DNA of 64,000 bases from an uncultured Gammaproteobacteria bacterium (GCA_964599625.1 CAZRGC010000001.1:244959-308958); one strand, 5' to 3'; shown: positions 9,529 to 19,190, numbered from the stretch's first letter. Notes: generated from the sequence alone by a model not told the origin. Made by a program: numbers and translations.

Positions 9529-9630
9529 GCAAGCCTCCAAAATTGGAAAATGTGCTAATCGAAGCCTGAATGGTAGCACAAAAAGTGAGCAGTTTGCAAA
9601 CTATAGGGATATCATATGAAGTTTGATCGG

Positions 9631-9665
9631 GTACCGGTCACTTAATTTCAAAATGTGACCGGTAG
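9631..9665. terminator. Second copy of the gtaccggtcac hairpin (10-bp stem), part of a ~45-nt duplicated segment
   Basis: Positions 9624-9664 are near-identical to 8259-8299. The copy includes a relic mini-ORF MKFDRVPVT* (9615-9644) that mirrors the C-terminus ...RVDRVPVT* of the 7588-8280 gene. Confidence 0.45.
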
Positions 9666-9680
9666 CCCGTCCGATGATTG

Positions 9681-10220
9681 CTAATCAATGTCCAAGAGGA
9701 ACCCAAAAAGATTGTATTGGCCAACATACTCGCCAATCAAACTGTAGCTTTGGAATTCTTCTGGGTCAGATGGTTCCCACATGTATGCGTAGCCACTTGA
9801 GTCAACGAAGTATATAACCATGTAGAGAGTCTCGCTCCCCTCCACGATTTTTTCGTTTTCTGCAAGTACAGGCATGGGTGTGGTTGGGAGTTGATTGTAA
9901 CCGTAGGTTGAAACCTGTCGGACAAACTCCGTGTACGTTGTTGTAAACGTAAACCACTGATATGGATTACCAAGGCAATCATCTTCGCGTGTGGGGCATG
10001 TGGTGCGGTCCGTTTTGGTCTCCATCCCGGTGGGAAGAGAACCTGTAGGGATCTTTCTGCCCTGGCCTGTAAAGTCGTGTGACGCGGCCACGTCGGCAGT
10101 CATGCGCCAAAAGTACCCCTGAACCTTCATTGACCTGCGCTCGACAGGATAATAAGCTACCCCGAGCACAAAAATGGTCAATATAGTGATTGTTATAAGC
10201 AATCCTTTGTGGTTACTCAT
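9681..10220 (-). CDS. Small membrane-anchored protein, paralog family member 3 (179 aa)
   Basis: TM helix LLITITILTIFVLGVAYY. C-terminal motif IYFVDSSGYAYMWEPSDP. GAGAGG RBS upstream. Confidence 0.6.
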   Translation of the reverse strand: MSNHKGLLITITILTIFVLGVAYYPVERRSMKVQGYFWRMTADVAASHDFTGQGRKIPTGSLPTGMETKTDRTTCPTREDDCLGNPYQWFTFTTTYTEFVRQVSTYGYNQLPTTPMPVLAENEKIVEGSETLYMVIYFVDSSGYAYMWEPSDPEEFQSYSLIGEYVGQYNLFGFLLDID

Positions 10221-10312
10221 CTGAACCTCTCTTGAACAATGTTAATAAGTGCAATACGGAATACCTATAGTAACACAACCGAGGCTAAAAGTCAAGTATT
10301 ATGGGATACCGA

Positions 10313-12568
10313 TTACCTTCTGTAGTCGTCTTTCAAGCAGTCTTCCACTGGGGTCTTGCTTTGGAATTCAATCGTTTTGGACTTAGTTCCAAAACCTGAC
10401 AAATTGTACTCTTTGTATAATGTTCTGCCGTTTGATAAGAACTGGGCCACAATTACACTGGTTTTTGATTTGTCTGCAATTAGCCTGAACTTATATTTCC
10501 CGTCTTTTGGGTTAGTTATGGAGATCATTCCCTGTTCACTTTGGTAGGTTTTGCCGTATTTGTCGGTTATCCAAAAATTTCCAGATGATGCAACCACAAC
10601 AAGGGCGGATTTTGGATCGTGATATGGGGGATCAGGGATGCTGGGTGATCCTAAAAACTCAAGAATCGAAGAAATACCTTCGGTTGAAGCAACCAACCCT
10701 GAATGTGATTGGTTTATAACTTTATTGTCTGCATTGTCGATTTGAGCACTACTAACAAGAACCGCACCGTCTCCAGATGTTGTGTTAATTTCACCGACGG
10801 GTTTACCGTCTAGCCACAACCCCTTCTTAACATCAGATTTGGATGGATTAGTTACTCTAATTTTCTCTAAAGTTGGGAATCCTGATCCGGATAGAGTTCC
10901 AACCTTTACGTCCCAAAAAGGATAGCTAAAACTGGTTGGTAAGTAATTATTTTGGGCAATCATGGTATTTACCGGCTTTAGCGACCCATTTTTTTGAATA
11001 TAGTCAGTTGTCGGCAAAAGGTTTTGAATTGATTCAGGCACTCCACAGTGTTTCAAAAACAAAGTTTTGGAAATCCTATCAACTAAATCATTACCCCAAA
11101 CTTCGTGTCCGGAATAAAGTGGATAAGAAATCGCAGAACCTTTGTTTGGCGCACCTGCCATCAAAAGCTTTTTTGCCTTTCCACCTAATTCATTTTCAAC
11201 ATAAGCCCTGCCCAAAAGTCCGCCCATGCTGTGGCCAACTATGTTTACTTTTTCTGCGTTGGGCGCAACTGAATCAATGAATGTCGCCAGTTTTGGTTCA
11301 TTGTTTAATATCTTATCCCTCCAGTCAAAATAGAAAGGTATGGTGTTCCACCCAGCATTTTCTAGTGAAGTTGTAAGATCTGCATACACATCCTTTGCGT
11401 AAGGTGCCAATGTCCAGTTGCCAACATAACCTTCTTTTTTGCAGGAAATAAACGCGTCAAGATTCCAACTGGCACCAGTTCCGGGAATTAATACAACCTT
11501 ACTTGAAGTTACCGGTACAGGAGACGGACTTGGTGTTGGGGTTGGTGAGGGTGGTGTGTCAGGGGTATAACTCATTTTCCAAACATGGTTTGTGTAGTCA
11601 CCATTTGCAACACCGCCAATAAGATAAAGATTGTTTCCAGATGCAATAAGCTGCCCACAGCAGTTTGTCTCGGGTAATTGTGGTCCGTTTTGCCAAACAC
11701 CAATCGTTCCATCTGTGTTGATTTCTGAGTAATAAACATTTTGAGTTCCATCACCTGCGATCACTAATGTGTTTGCAACCCTTGCCAGTCCAAACCTCCA
11801 CATTCCCACAGGAAGATTTGTTAGGTTTTCCCATGTACCAATTGAACCATCAGGGTTTATTGGTGCTCTAATAACTTGGTTTGAATATCCAGAAGGTGTA
11901 AAACCACCAAAAACAACAAGATGGTTATTGATAACTATCATAGAATGACCTTCTGTTTTTTCTGGCAAATTTCCTGCTGTTCTCCATGCACCAATTGTTC
12001 CGTCTGGGTTAATGTCAGAGACGTAAACTGATGTGCTGGCAAGGTTTGGGTTGTTCGCCTGACTGGATAAGGTGTTTCCGCCAGAAAAGAAAATCATATT
12101 GTCTGATACAACACTGGCACCTAAAGAAAGTGTTTGTGGTAATGGTGTTAAGTTTGTCCAAGATGAAATGTTACTATTTTCAAGTAGACCTAGCCACACC
12201 TCACCTGTATTGTTGAAGGAAGTGTCTGCGCCACCGAGAAGATATACATAGTTGCCACTTGTTGCTCCACTCAACCAATATCTGTTTGGTGGTTGTGTAG
12301 CGTTTGTGTTCCAGGCGGACAATGTTCCCGAGACTGTGACTGTTGTATTGAATCCAGTGTTGGGAACAGTGTTGTTTGCACCCCCTAGGTTAAACAAGCT
12401 ATTATCATTTGAAAATGCAAAGTTACTTGCAATCTGTAGCGGCAGATTTTCTTCCTGGATCCAATTTGATAATCCACCAGTCGCAAAAACAAGTCCTGAA
12501 CCTAGTACAAAACAGACCAAAATTACTATCACCAGAGACAACGATCTAGTAAGATAATTTTTGCTCAC
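10313..12568 (-). CDS. Secreted Kelch-repeat beta-propeller protein fused via a Pro/Thr linker to an alpha/beta-hydrolase (lipase-like, GHSMGG) domain; GTG start
   Basis: Signal/TM at N-terminus. Repeated Kelch-like blades (YLLGGAD, MIFFSGGNT, HLVVFGGF, LYLIGGVANG). Linker TPDTPPSPTPTPSPSPVPV. C-terminal domain carries the nucleophile-elbow motif VNIVGHSMGGLLGRAY (GxSxG). Confidence 0.7.
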   Translation of the reverse strand: MSKNYLTRSLSLVIVILVCFVLGSGLVFATGGLSNWIQEENLPLQIASNFAFSNDNSLFNLGGANNTVPNTGFNTTVTVSGTLSAWNTNATQPPNRYWLSGATSGNYVYLLGGADTSFNNTGEVWLGLLENSNISSWTNLTPLPQTLSLGASVVSDNMIFFSGGNTLSSQANNPNLASTSVYVSDINPDGTIGAWRTAGNLPEKTEGHSMIVINNHLVVFGGFTPSGYSNQVIRAPINPDGSIGTWENLTNLPVGMWRFGLARVANTLVIAGDGTQNVYYSEINTDGTIGVWQNGPQLPETNCCGQLIASGNNLYLIGGVANGDYTNHVWKMSYTPDTPPSPTPTPSPSPVPVTSSKVVLIPGTGASWNLDAFISCKKEGYVGNWTLAPYAKDVYADLTTSLENAGWNTIPFYFDWRDKILNNEPKLATFIDSVAPNAEKVNIVGHSMGGLLGRAYVENELGGKAKKLLMAGAPNKGSAISYPLYSGHEVWGNDLVDRISKTLFLKHCGVPESIQNLLPTTDYIQKNGSLKPVNTMIAQNNYLPTSFSYPFWDVKVGTLSGSGFPTLEKIRVTNPSKSDVKKGLWLDGKPVGEINTTSGDGAVLVSSAQIDNADNKVINQSHSGLVASTEGISSILEFLGSPSIPDPPYHDPKSALVVVASSGNFWITDKYGKTYQSEQGMISITNPKDGKYKFRLIADKSKTSVIVAQFLSNGRTLYKEYNLSGFGTKSKTIEFQSKTPVEDCLKDDYRR

Positions 12569-12607
12569 TATATTAATATAGTTTATACTCCGTGCAAGCT
12601 GTCAAGT

Positions 12608-13264
12608 ATGTTGATAAAAAATACGCCATCTTTTTGGAACAAGGCACTAAGAGTCAATAAAAAAAGCATTATTTCTAGTCCAATTTATAACGCCAAAAAC
12701 AAATTGGTAATTAAACTGATTAAGCGTTTAAATCCACCATCAATTCTCGACATTGGTGCAGGTTATGGAAATATTGAAGACTTAGTTTTGCTCGAGAGAA
12801 TTCCCACAAAACTCTTTGGAACAGACTTTGCCGGTGACGCAGTTAAGGATTTGAATAAAAGGTTCGGACCTGGCTTTAAAAAATCAAAATTGCCAAATAT
12901 CCCATTTACTAAAGATAAATTTGATTGTGTTCTTATGTTAGATGTAATCGAACATATCCCAAGTAGACTTAGTAAGAAAACCTATTTTAATATCAATCGG
13001 GTTCTCAAAAAAAATGGCCACCTAATTGTTTCAGTTCCGATAAACGAATCCCAGTCTGACACTTTGAAAAACATGCACCATCGTAAATATGACGAGGATA
13101 GCATAGTAACTGAGTTAAAGAAAAACAACTTTGATATTGTAAACGTTAAAACATTTTTTGCATTCAACAATTTTTTTTATTTAAAAAATTTTATTGTGAA
13201 CATTGGATTGTTTGGTAAAAGGAAAAGACCAAACCTTGCTGTTATTTTGGCCCAAAAGAAATGA
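12608..13264 (+). CDS. Class I SAM-dependent methyltransferase
   Basis: Motif I ILDIGAGYGNIE and post-I CVLMLDVIEHIP. Confidence 0.75.
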   Translation: MLIKNTPSFWNKALRVNKKSIISSPIYNAKNKLVIKLIKRLNPPSILDIGAGYGNIEDLVLLERIPTKLFGTDFAGDAVKDLNKRFGPGFKKSKLPNIPFTKDKFDCVLMLDVIEHIPSRLSKKTYFNINRVLKKNGHLIVSVPINESQSDTLKNMHHRKYDEDSIVTELKKNNFDIVNVKTFFAFNNFFYLKNFIVNIGLFGKRKRPNLAVILAQKK

Positions 13265-14148
13265 ACATACTTTTTCTCTCCAGATATTTTTATCCCCATA
13301 TTGGTGGGGTGGAGACGCATGTCTTGGAACTTTCCCAAGAACTTTCCAAAAACCATTCTGTTGTAGTGCTCACTCAAAATTACGACAAACTTCCCGCCCA
13401 CGAAGAATACAAAGAAATAGAAATTCACAGGTTTAAATATCCCCAAATAAAATTTTTAGGACTTTTTTCTATTTGGTCCCACTTATATAAAAACAAAAAA
13501 TTGATTGAGGAGGCAGAAATTATTCACTGCCATGATGTGTTTATCTGGTATTTGCCATTCAAATTTTTATTACCATTCAAAAAGGTATACACGACGTTCC
13601 ATGGGTGGGAAGGAGTTTGGCCAATACCCTACAAAAATATCGTTCTCAAAAAAGTATCCGCATATTTATCAAAAGGAAAAATATCTGTGGGCAAATATAT
13701 CGAAAAGTATTATGGAATAAAATCCGATTTTGTTATTTATGGCGGAGCAGTGGCGAAAATTAAAAAGCCCAAAAAGGTTAAAGATTCTGTTGTCTTTTTG
13801 GGCAGATTGGACAAAGACACGGGTGTTTTGCAATTTTTGGAATATCTGAAAAATCACAAATTTAAAAAAGTTATTTTTGTGGGGGATGGGGAATACAAAA
13901 ATGAATGTGCCAAATACGGCAAAGTTACTGGTTTTACAAACCCCAATGCTTATCTTGAGGATTCTGAGTTTGCTGCTGTTGGTGGATATTTGGGTTATAT
14001 TTCTGCCCAAACATATGGCTGCAAGATACTTACATTTTCAGACAATCCCCTGAAAAGGGACTATTGGAACGAAATAAAAAAGCAGAAGGAATTCCTCTCC
14101 TGGAAAGATGTATCCAAAGTTTATAAAAATCTTTGGGGTTTAGTATAA
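13261..14148 (+). CDS. Glycosyltransferase, GT4-like (compact, 295 aa)
   Basis: N-terminal MNILFLSRYFYPHIGGVETHVLEL is typical of GT4 N-domains. The C-terminal part resembles the GT1/GT4 core. Confidence 0.65.
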   Translation: MNILFLSRYFYPHIGGVETHVLELSQELSKNHSVVVLTQNYDKLPAHEEYKEIEIHRFKYPQIKFLGLFSIWSHLYKNKKLIEEAEIIHCHDVFIWYLPFKFLLPFKKVYTTFHGWEGVWPIPYKNIVLKKVSAYLSKGKISVGKYIEKYYGIKSDFVIYGGAVAKIKKPKKVKDSVVFLGRLDKDTGVLQFLEYLKNHKFKKVIFVGDGEYKNECAKYGKVTGFTNPNAYLEDSEFAAVGGYLGYISAQTYGCKILTFSDNPLKRDYWNEIKKQKEFLSWKDVSKVYKNLWGLV

Positions 14149-14155
14149 TTCTCTA

Positions 14156-15091
14156 ATGAAAGTTTCTGTCTGTGTGACAGTATTAAACGAAGAAAAATCG
14201 ATAGCAGAACTTCTGGAGGCGATTTTGTATCAAACCAGAAAACCCGACGAAATTGTGATTGTAGATGGCGGTTCCACGGATGGTACATTGGAAATAATTT
14301 CCAAATTTCAAAAAAGATCCAAAAAAATAAAACTTCTTACAGAAAGGTCTAGCCGTGCGAAAGGCCGCAATCTTTCTGTTGAGATTTCCAATTCGGAAAT
14401 AATCGCAATGACGGATGCCGGATGTGTTCCCCAAAAAGACTGGCTCAAAAACATTGTAAAACCGTTCCAATACAAGGTAGATGTTGTTGCAGGTTTTTAC
14501 AAAATGAAAACAACCAATAGGTTCCAAAAAGCCCTTTCTGCATTTTTGGGAATTCTTCCCCAGAATTTTGATGAAAAGTTTTTGCCTTCTACCAGGTCGA
14601 TTGCGTTTACCAAAGAAGTATGGGAAAAAGTCGGAGGTTTTCCCGAAAAAATGGACGGTACTGCGGAAGATACTGTTTTCAATTTGAAGTTAATAAGTTA
14701 TGGAATAAGGTTGTCACGCGTGAAAAATGCGGTAGTGGAGTGGGGGATGCCGGTAGATTTTAAAGAATTTTTTTGGAAAATTTACAACTATGCATTGGGT
14801 GACTCAAAATCCAAAGTGTGGGCATTTCCGGGAAAAGGACTTACGTCGCACAACATTAAAGCACTTTTTGTGGTAATCAGATATCTTTTGGGAATCTGGA
14901 TTGCCTGGGTTTGTTTTATGTATGGTCTGACTCCCCTAGTTTTGGTTCTTGTTCTTATTTATATAATTTGGTCATTCAAAAAAATTTATGATTTATTTGG
15001 GGATTGGCGCACTGCTTTGTGGGGCCCGCCGGTTCAGCTTGTTTGTGATATTGCAGTAATAGGAGGATTTATTTTGGGGCTTTTTAAGTGA
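14156..15091 (+). CDS. Glycosyltransferase family 2 with C-terminal TM helices
   Basis: VSVCVTVLNEEKSI...IVIVDGGSTDGT signature of GT2. Hydrophobic C-terminus. Confidence 0.8.
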   Translation: MKVSVCVTVLNEEKSIAELLEAILYQTRKPDEIVIVDGGSTDGTLEIISKFQKRSKKIKLLTERSSRAKGRNLSVEISNSEIIAMTDAGCVPQKDWLKNIVKPFQYKVDVVAGFYKMKTTNRFQKALSAFLGILPQNFDEKFLPSTRSIAFTKEVWEKVGGFPEKMDGTAEDTVFNLKLISYGIRLSRVKNAVVEWGMPVDFKEFFWKIYNYALGDSKSKVWAFPGKGLTSHNIKALFVVIRYLLGIWIAWVCFMYGLTPLVLVLVLIYIIWSFKKIYDLFGDWRTALWGPPVQLVCDIAVIGGFILGLFK

Positions 15092-15107
15092 AAAAAAGCG
15101 ATCTGGA

Positions 15108-15141
15108 ATGAGACTTTTGTGTTTAACAAAAGGAGCTTCCT
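15108..15141 (-). terminator. Hairpin (cttttg..caaaag core) followed on the minus strand by a T-run; intrinsic terminator for the 15174-15524 gene
   Basis: Minus-strand reading is ggaagctccttttgttaaacacaaaagtctcattcc, then agatcgc, then ttttttt. A paralogous element is at 15616-15661. Confidence 0.45.
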
Positions 15142-15173
15142 GATCAGTACTGGTTTCCCAGCTCTTTGCCCAA

Positions 15174-15524
15174 CTAGTCGCCGCCTGCTCCGTAGAGCCT
15201 ACAGATCATTGGGCTGAATACGCCTGACGTACATCGTCCGGAAATCGGATCGGGTTTGTTCGTGCCATCATAGGTAATCTCCATCTCGAAGGTAACATCG
15301 TGTGAGTCACCAAACCACCATTGGTTGTTGTTCGAGTGGCGAATTACTTCGATCTGGCTGGTTTCAACCTCGGCAAGTTCCGCGAAGCGCGCAACTGCTT
15401 TTTCTTCCGTGACTTTGTTGATGCCGCCGACGAGGCCCGCGATGATGTAGAAGATCACCAGAAAAGCAACCGATATGGCAAGCTCGACATCAGCCTGTCC
15501 ACGTTCAGAGAGTTTGAATCTCAT
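15174..15524 (-). CDS. Hypothetical protein with TadE-like N-terminal segment (116 aa)
   Basis: N-terminal ERGQADVELAISVAFLVIFYIIAG resembles the TadE/pilin-like motif (G..VEFALv + hydrophobic helix). GC-richer than surrounding DNA. Confidence 0.4.
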   Translation of the reverse strand: MRFKLSERGQADVELAISVAFLVIFYIIAGLVGGINKVTEEKAVARFAELAEVETSQIEVIRHSNNNQWWFGDSHDVTFEMEITYDGTNKPDPISGRCTSGVFSPMICRLYGAGGD

Positions 15525-15615
15525 CGATATATTCTCCTTGTTATGTGCAAACGAACTGCATAATTATCTCACAAACAGGCACAAAAGTCAAGATTATGGG
15601 GTGTTTTTGACACAA

Positions 15616-15661
15616 AAAACCGGAAGTGAGACTTTTGCTTGTGGCAAAAGGAGTTCTTCCG
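15616..15661 (-). terminator. Intrinsic terminator (ccggaag...cttccgg outer stem, cttttg/caaaag inner stem) followed by T-run on the minus strand
   Basis: Minus-strand reading ends ...cttccgg then ttttttgtgtc. The sequence is paralogous to the 15108-15141 element. Confidence 0.5.
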
Positions 15662-15685
15662 GAATGGCTTTGAGCCAACTCTTTG

Positions 15686-15907
15686 TTAATCGGCACCTTC
15701 GACTTCGGGGATCATGAGGTCGGTATCTGTTATCGTCAGCGTCAAAAGTGACCCGTCGCGCGTTGAAAGCGTGATTTTGTACGGATCTTGGCCAAGATCT
15801 GCACCAATTGGCGGGATATGAGCTGACTTTACCTCGAAACCTGGGTGAAACCCGGTCAAAAGTACGCCAAAGGCAGTGATTTTGTCAGGGGTGTTTAGAT
15901 TGGGCAT
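15686..15907 (-). CDS. Hypothetical small protein (73 aa)
   Basis: GAGGAG RBS 2 nt before ATG. No recognisable domain. Confidence 0.45.
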   Translation of the reverse strand: MPNLNTPDKITAFGVLLTGFHPGFEVKSAHIPPIGADLGQDPYKITLSTRDGSLLTLTITDTDLMIPEVEGAD

Positions 15908-15913
15908 TTCTCC

Positions 15914-16096
15914 TCACGGTAAATGTATTCCGGCTGTTGCCATCCATATGGCGTAAAGAGTCAAGAATAGCAGAAAGACAAATAGACATGTGAATGCCGT
16001 CATACATCTCCAGATCAACCCCAGATCTCTTGAGTTTAGTGCAATGCTCAGAAGAGCGCACATTGATAGTGCAACGGACATTTGTAAAAGGAACAC
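15914..16096 (-). CDS. Hypothetical small two-TM membrane protein (60 aa, GTG start)
   Basis: AAGGAG RBS 5 nt upstream of GTG. Two hydrophobic helices. Confidence 0.4.
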   Translation of the reverse strand: MFLLQMSVALSMCALLSIALNSRDLGLIWRCMTAFTCLFVFLLFLTLYAIWMATAGIHLP

Positions 16097-16207
16097 ATTT
16101 ACTCCTTATTTGTGTCAAAAAGTGCAAGTCTAAATTCTAGCTCATTTCTCCTCCTAATTCAAATTATAGGGTATGAATTAATCTTGGGCATAGAGTAGAA
16201 TAAGGCA

Positions 16208-17446
16208 ATGAGTTATATAAAAGATGCCGCCAAGGGTGTGAGTTGGATGAGCCTTTTTAGAGTTTTGTACAGGGCAATTGGCGTTGCAAGGATAGCAATA
16301 ATTGCCCACATATTAACCCCCTCTTCACTGGGTGTCTTTGGGATAGTTGCAGTGGTATTGGCATTTTTGGAAATAATAACCGAAACAGGTATTAATATAT
16401 TTTTGATTCAGGAAAGAGAGGATTCGGACAAATACATCAATACCGCCTGGTTTGTCTCAATTATCAGAGGAATTGTGATATCTGTTGCAATCTATACTAT
16501 CGCAGGGCCAATTTCTCAATTTTTTAACTCAGCAGAGTCATTTAGTCTTTTGAGATGGGCTTCCCTAATACCTTTGATAAGGGGATTTATCAATCCGTCT
16601 ATTGTCAAATTTCAAAAAGATTTGCATTTCAACAAAGAATTTGCATACAGGATATCTGTGTTTTTGGTGGAGTCGGTTATTTCCGTTTCAATAGTCATGC
16701 TTACCAAAAACCCCTTCTCTTTGGTTCTGGGACTTATCGGAGGAGCTGTTTTCGAAGTTTTATTTACGTTTTTGGTTGCCAAACCCTTACCCAAGTTTGA
16801 ATTCGATCGTGTCAAAACCAAAAAAGTTATCAATCGCGGCAAGTGGGTGACTCTGTTTGGTGTCTTTGATTATTTATATACGCAGTGCGATAACATAATC
16901 GTTGGGAGAATGTTGGGGGTTGATGCTTTGGGTATTTACCAAAATGCCTACAAAATATCCACAGCTCCGCTTACGGAAGTTGGCGATGTTTTTTTCAGAG
17001 TAACATTTCCAGTATTTTCCAAAATGTCCGACGACAAGGATAGGTTAAAAAAAGCATTCATACAAAACACAATTGTAAATACTTTGTTGATGGTTCCTGC
17101 GGGGATTGTCATTTTTGCTTTTGCTGAACTAATCGTAAACGTTTTACTTGGTTCGGGTTGGGAGGCAGCTGTTCCTGTTACCAAACTTTTGTCCGTTTTG
17201 GGAGTTGTTAGGGGAATAGCTTCCTCAACAAATTCTCTAATGGTTTCAAGGGGTCTTCAAAAATATTCAGCAATAGTTACAATTGTGAGTACAATTGGGA
17301 TGTTTGCAACAATAGTGCCGTTAACAAAAAGTTATGGTATTATTGGGGCCGGAAGCGCGGCGATAATCGGCACATTAGTTTCTGTCCCACTCACAATTTA
17401 TTTTGTAGGTAAAACTTTAAAAGCCATTGCCCTTCCCCATCAATGA
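16208..17446 (+). CDS. Polysaccharide flippase, Wzx-like (MOP superfamily)
   Basis: About 12 TM helices and the general architecture of O-unit flippases. Sits within the glycan cluster. Confidence 0.6.
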   Translation: MSYIKDAAKGVSWMSLFRVLYRAIGVARIAIIAHILTPSSLGVFGIVAVVLAFLEIITETGINIFLIQEREDSDKYINTAWFVSIIRGIVISVAIYTIAGPISQFFNSAESFSLLRWASLIPLIRGFINPSIVKFQKDLHFNKEFAYRISVFLVESVISVSIVMLTKNPFSLVLGLIGGAVFEVLFTFLVAKPLPKFEFDRVKTKKVINRGKWVTLFGVFDYLYTQCDNIIVGRMLGVDALGIYQNAYKISTAPLTEVGDVFFRVTFPVFSKMSDDKDRLKKAFIQNTIVNTLLMVPAGIVIFAFAELIVNVLLGSGWEAAVPVTKLLSVLGVVRGIASSTNSLMVSRGLQKYSAIVTIVSTIGMFATIVPLTKSYGIIGAGSAAIIGTLVSVPLTIYFVGKTLKAIALPHQ

Positions 17447-18447
17447 AAAGTGTTTTTAGCGGAAAATCCATTGTAGTTACAGGAGGTACGGGTTCGTTCG
17501 GAAGTTATTTTGTAAAAGAAATATTAACCCAAAATCCCAAACAGGTAACAATTTTCTCCAGAGACGAAGACAAACAGTATGCGATGCAATTCGAGTTATC
17601 CAAATTTGTAAATAAGTTGAAATTTGTAATCGGAGATGTAAGGGATTTGCAAAGTCTGGTTAAAAATTTTCAGAATGCTGATTTTGTAATTCATGCCGCG
17701 GCACTAAAACAAATTCCCACCTCGGAATACAACATAAGTGAAACAATCAAAACGAATGTTTTGGGTGCTCAAAATGTTGTGGAAGCTGCACTGGCAAATA
17801 ATGTTTCCAAGGTTCTGTCTATAAGCACAGACAAAGCGGTGGAGCCTGTTAACGTAATGGGTATGACCAAAGCGCTTCAGGAAAGGATTTTTATTCTGGC
17901 AAACATCAACAGGGGTAAAAGTAAAACAAAATTCGCATCGGTAAGATATGGGAATGTTGCAAATTCCAGAGGTTCAATAATCCCTCTGTTCAAAAAACAA
18001 ATAGAAAAAGGTCTATCTCTGACAGTCACGGATCTGGAAATGACCAGATTTATTCTTACTCTAAAAGAAGCAACAGGGCTTGTCACTTATGCATTTGAAA
18101 ATATGAATGGCGGCGAGATATTTATACCAAACATAAAAGCTCTCAAGATTCACGACCTGGCAAAAGTTATGATAAAAAATTCGGGGAACAAAAAACTCAA
18201 AGTAGAAGAAATTGGCGTGCGCCCGGGAGAAAAACTACACGAAACACTCATTTCGGCCACAGAGTCCAAAAGAGCAATAAAAGCAAAAGGCTATTATATT
18301 CTGACGCCGGAAATAAAAACAAATAAGCTGGTCAAAAAGATTAAGACAAAAAATAAATATTCAGATTTTGTTTACTCATCCGACAAGGTTGAACTAATGA
18401 ACGGAAATGAAGTAGAACATCTTTTGGCTTCCCAAAAAATATTTTAA
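17443..18447 (+). CDS. UDP-GlcNAc 4,6-dehydratase (CapD/PseB/FlaA1 family)
   Basis: GKSIVVTGGTGSFGS Rossmann motif, ISTDKA and the downstream KxxxE region characteristic of CapD/PseB. Overlaps the preceding stop. Confidence 0.8.
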   Translation: MKSVFSGKSIVVTGGTGSFGSYFVKEILTQNPKQVTIFSRDEDKQYAMQFELSKFVNKLKFVIGDVRDLQSLVKNFQNADFVIHAAALKQIPTSEYNISETIKTNVLGAQNVVEAALANNVSKVLSISTDKAVEPVNVMGMTKALQERIFILANINRGKSKTKFASVRYGNVANSRGSIIPLFKKQIEKGLSLTVTDLEMTRFILTLKEATGLVTYAFENMNGGEIFIPNIKALKIHDLAKVMIKNSGNKKLKVEEIGVRPGEKLHETLISATESKRAIKAKGYYILTPEIKTNKLVKKIKTKNKYSDFVYSSDKVELMNGNEVEHLLASQKIF

Positions 18448-19166
18448 ATACTTTTTGGACCTTTCCATTTTTTGCTCCCCAGTGTCATATCCACCGTAAG
18501 CGGAGGCCCTTTGTATTCATTCAATGTAATTTTTCCAACTTTTGGGGACACCTTTTTGGCAAGTGTGTACATACTCATTTTTTTTGGTCCAACGATATGT
18601 AAAACACCTTTTCGTTTTTGGTTGATAACCTTCCTAATTTCCAAAGCAAGAGAGTCGGCAAATAAATAGTTTCCAAATCTGTCCGTAAACGCTTTGGGGT
18701 AAGGCCAAGGTTCGCGTTTTACAAAATTTGTTCTAATTATCAAAGTGTTTTTGATACCCGACTCTTTGGAAACCATCTCTGATGCAAGTTTGGTAAGCGA
18801 ATAAAAATTTTTGGGATATGGTATGTCGTTTTCAAAAAATGGGGCGTGTTTGCCGTCAAAAACACAGGCTGTGGAGATTAGAACAAAATAAATATTTTTA
18901 TCGACTTTTTTAATCGCTTCAACTATGTTTTGAGTGCCTTCGACGTTTACTGACCAGGCGTTGGTTTTTTTAAGTTCGCATTTTCTTATGTCGGTTGCAG
19001 CTGCAGTATGAACAATTATTTTTGGATTAACTTTTTTTATATATTTTAATACCTTGCGGTAGTCTGTTATATCCATTTCAGAATGTTTGGGAGCATAAGA
19101 ATTTGGGTATATTTTTAAAAGTTCAGAACCAAGTTTGCCACTGCCTCCTGTAATTAGAATACTCAT
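18444..19166 (-). CDS. NAD(P)-dependent sugar-nucleotide reductase/epimerase (RmlD-like)
   Basis: MSILITGGSGKLGSEL, IVHTAA and ISTACVFDG motifs. Confidence 0.65.
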   Translation of the reverse strand: MSILITGGSGKLGSELLKIYPNSYAPKHSEMDITDYRKVLKYIKKVNPKIIVHTAAATDIRKCELKKTNAWSVNVEGTQNIVEAIKKVDKNIYFVLISTACVFDGKHAPFFENDIPYPKNFYSLTKLASEMVSKESGIKNTLIIRTNFVKREPWPYPKAFTDRFGNYLFADSLALEIRKVINQKRKGVLHIVGPKKMSMYTLAKKVSPKVGKITLNEYKGPPLTVDMTLGSKKWKGPKSI

Positions 19167-19190
19167 GGTATTATATGTGCAAAGAATATC

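Noticed and set aside
9428-9619. 63-aa plus-strand ORF and the mini-ORF MKFDRVPVT*
   Set aside because: Lies antisense to the paralog-2 gene start region. The mini-ORF is a duplicated relic of the FRD gene tail, not a gene.
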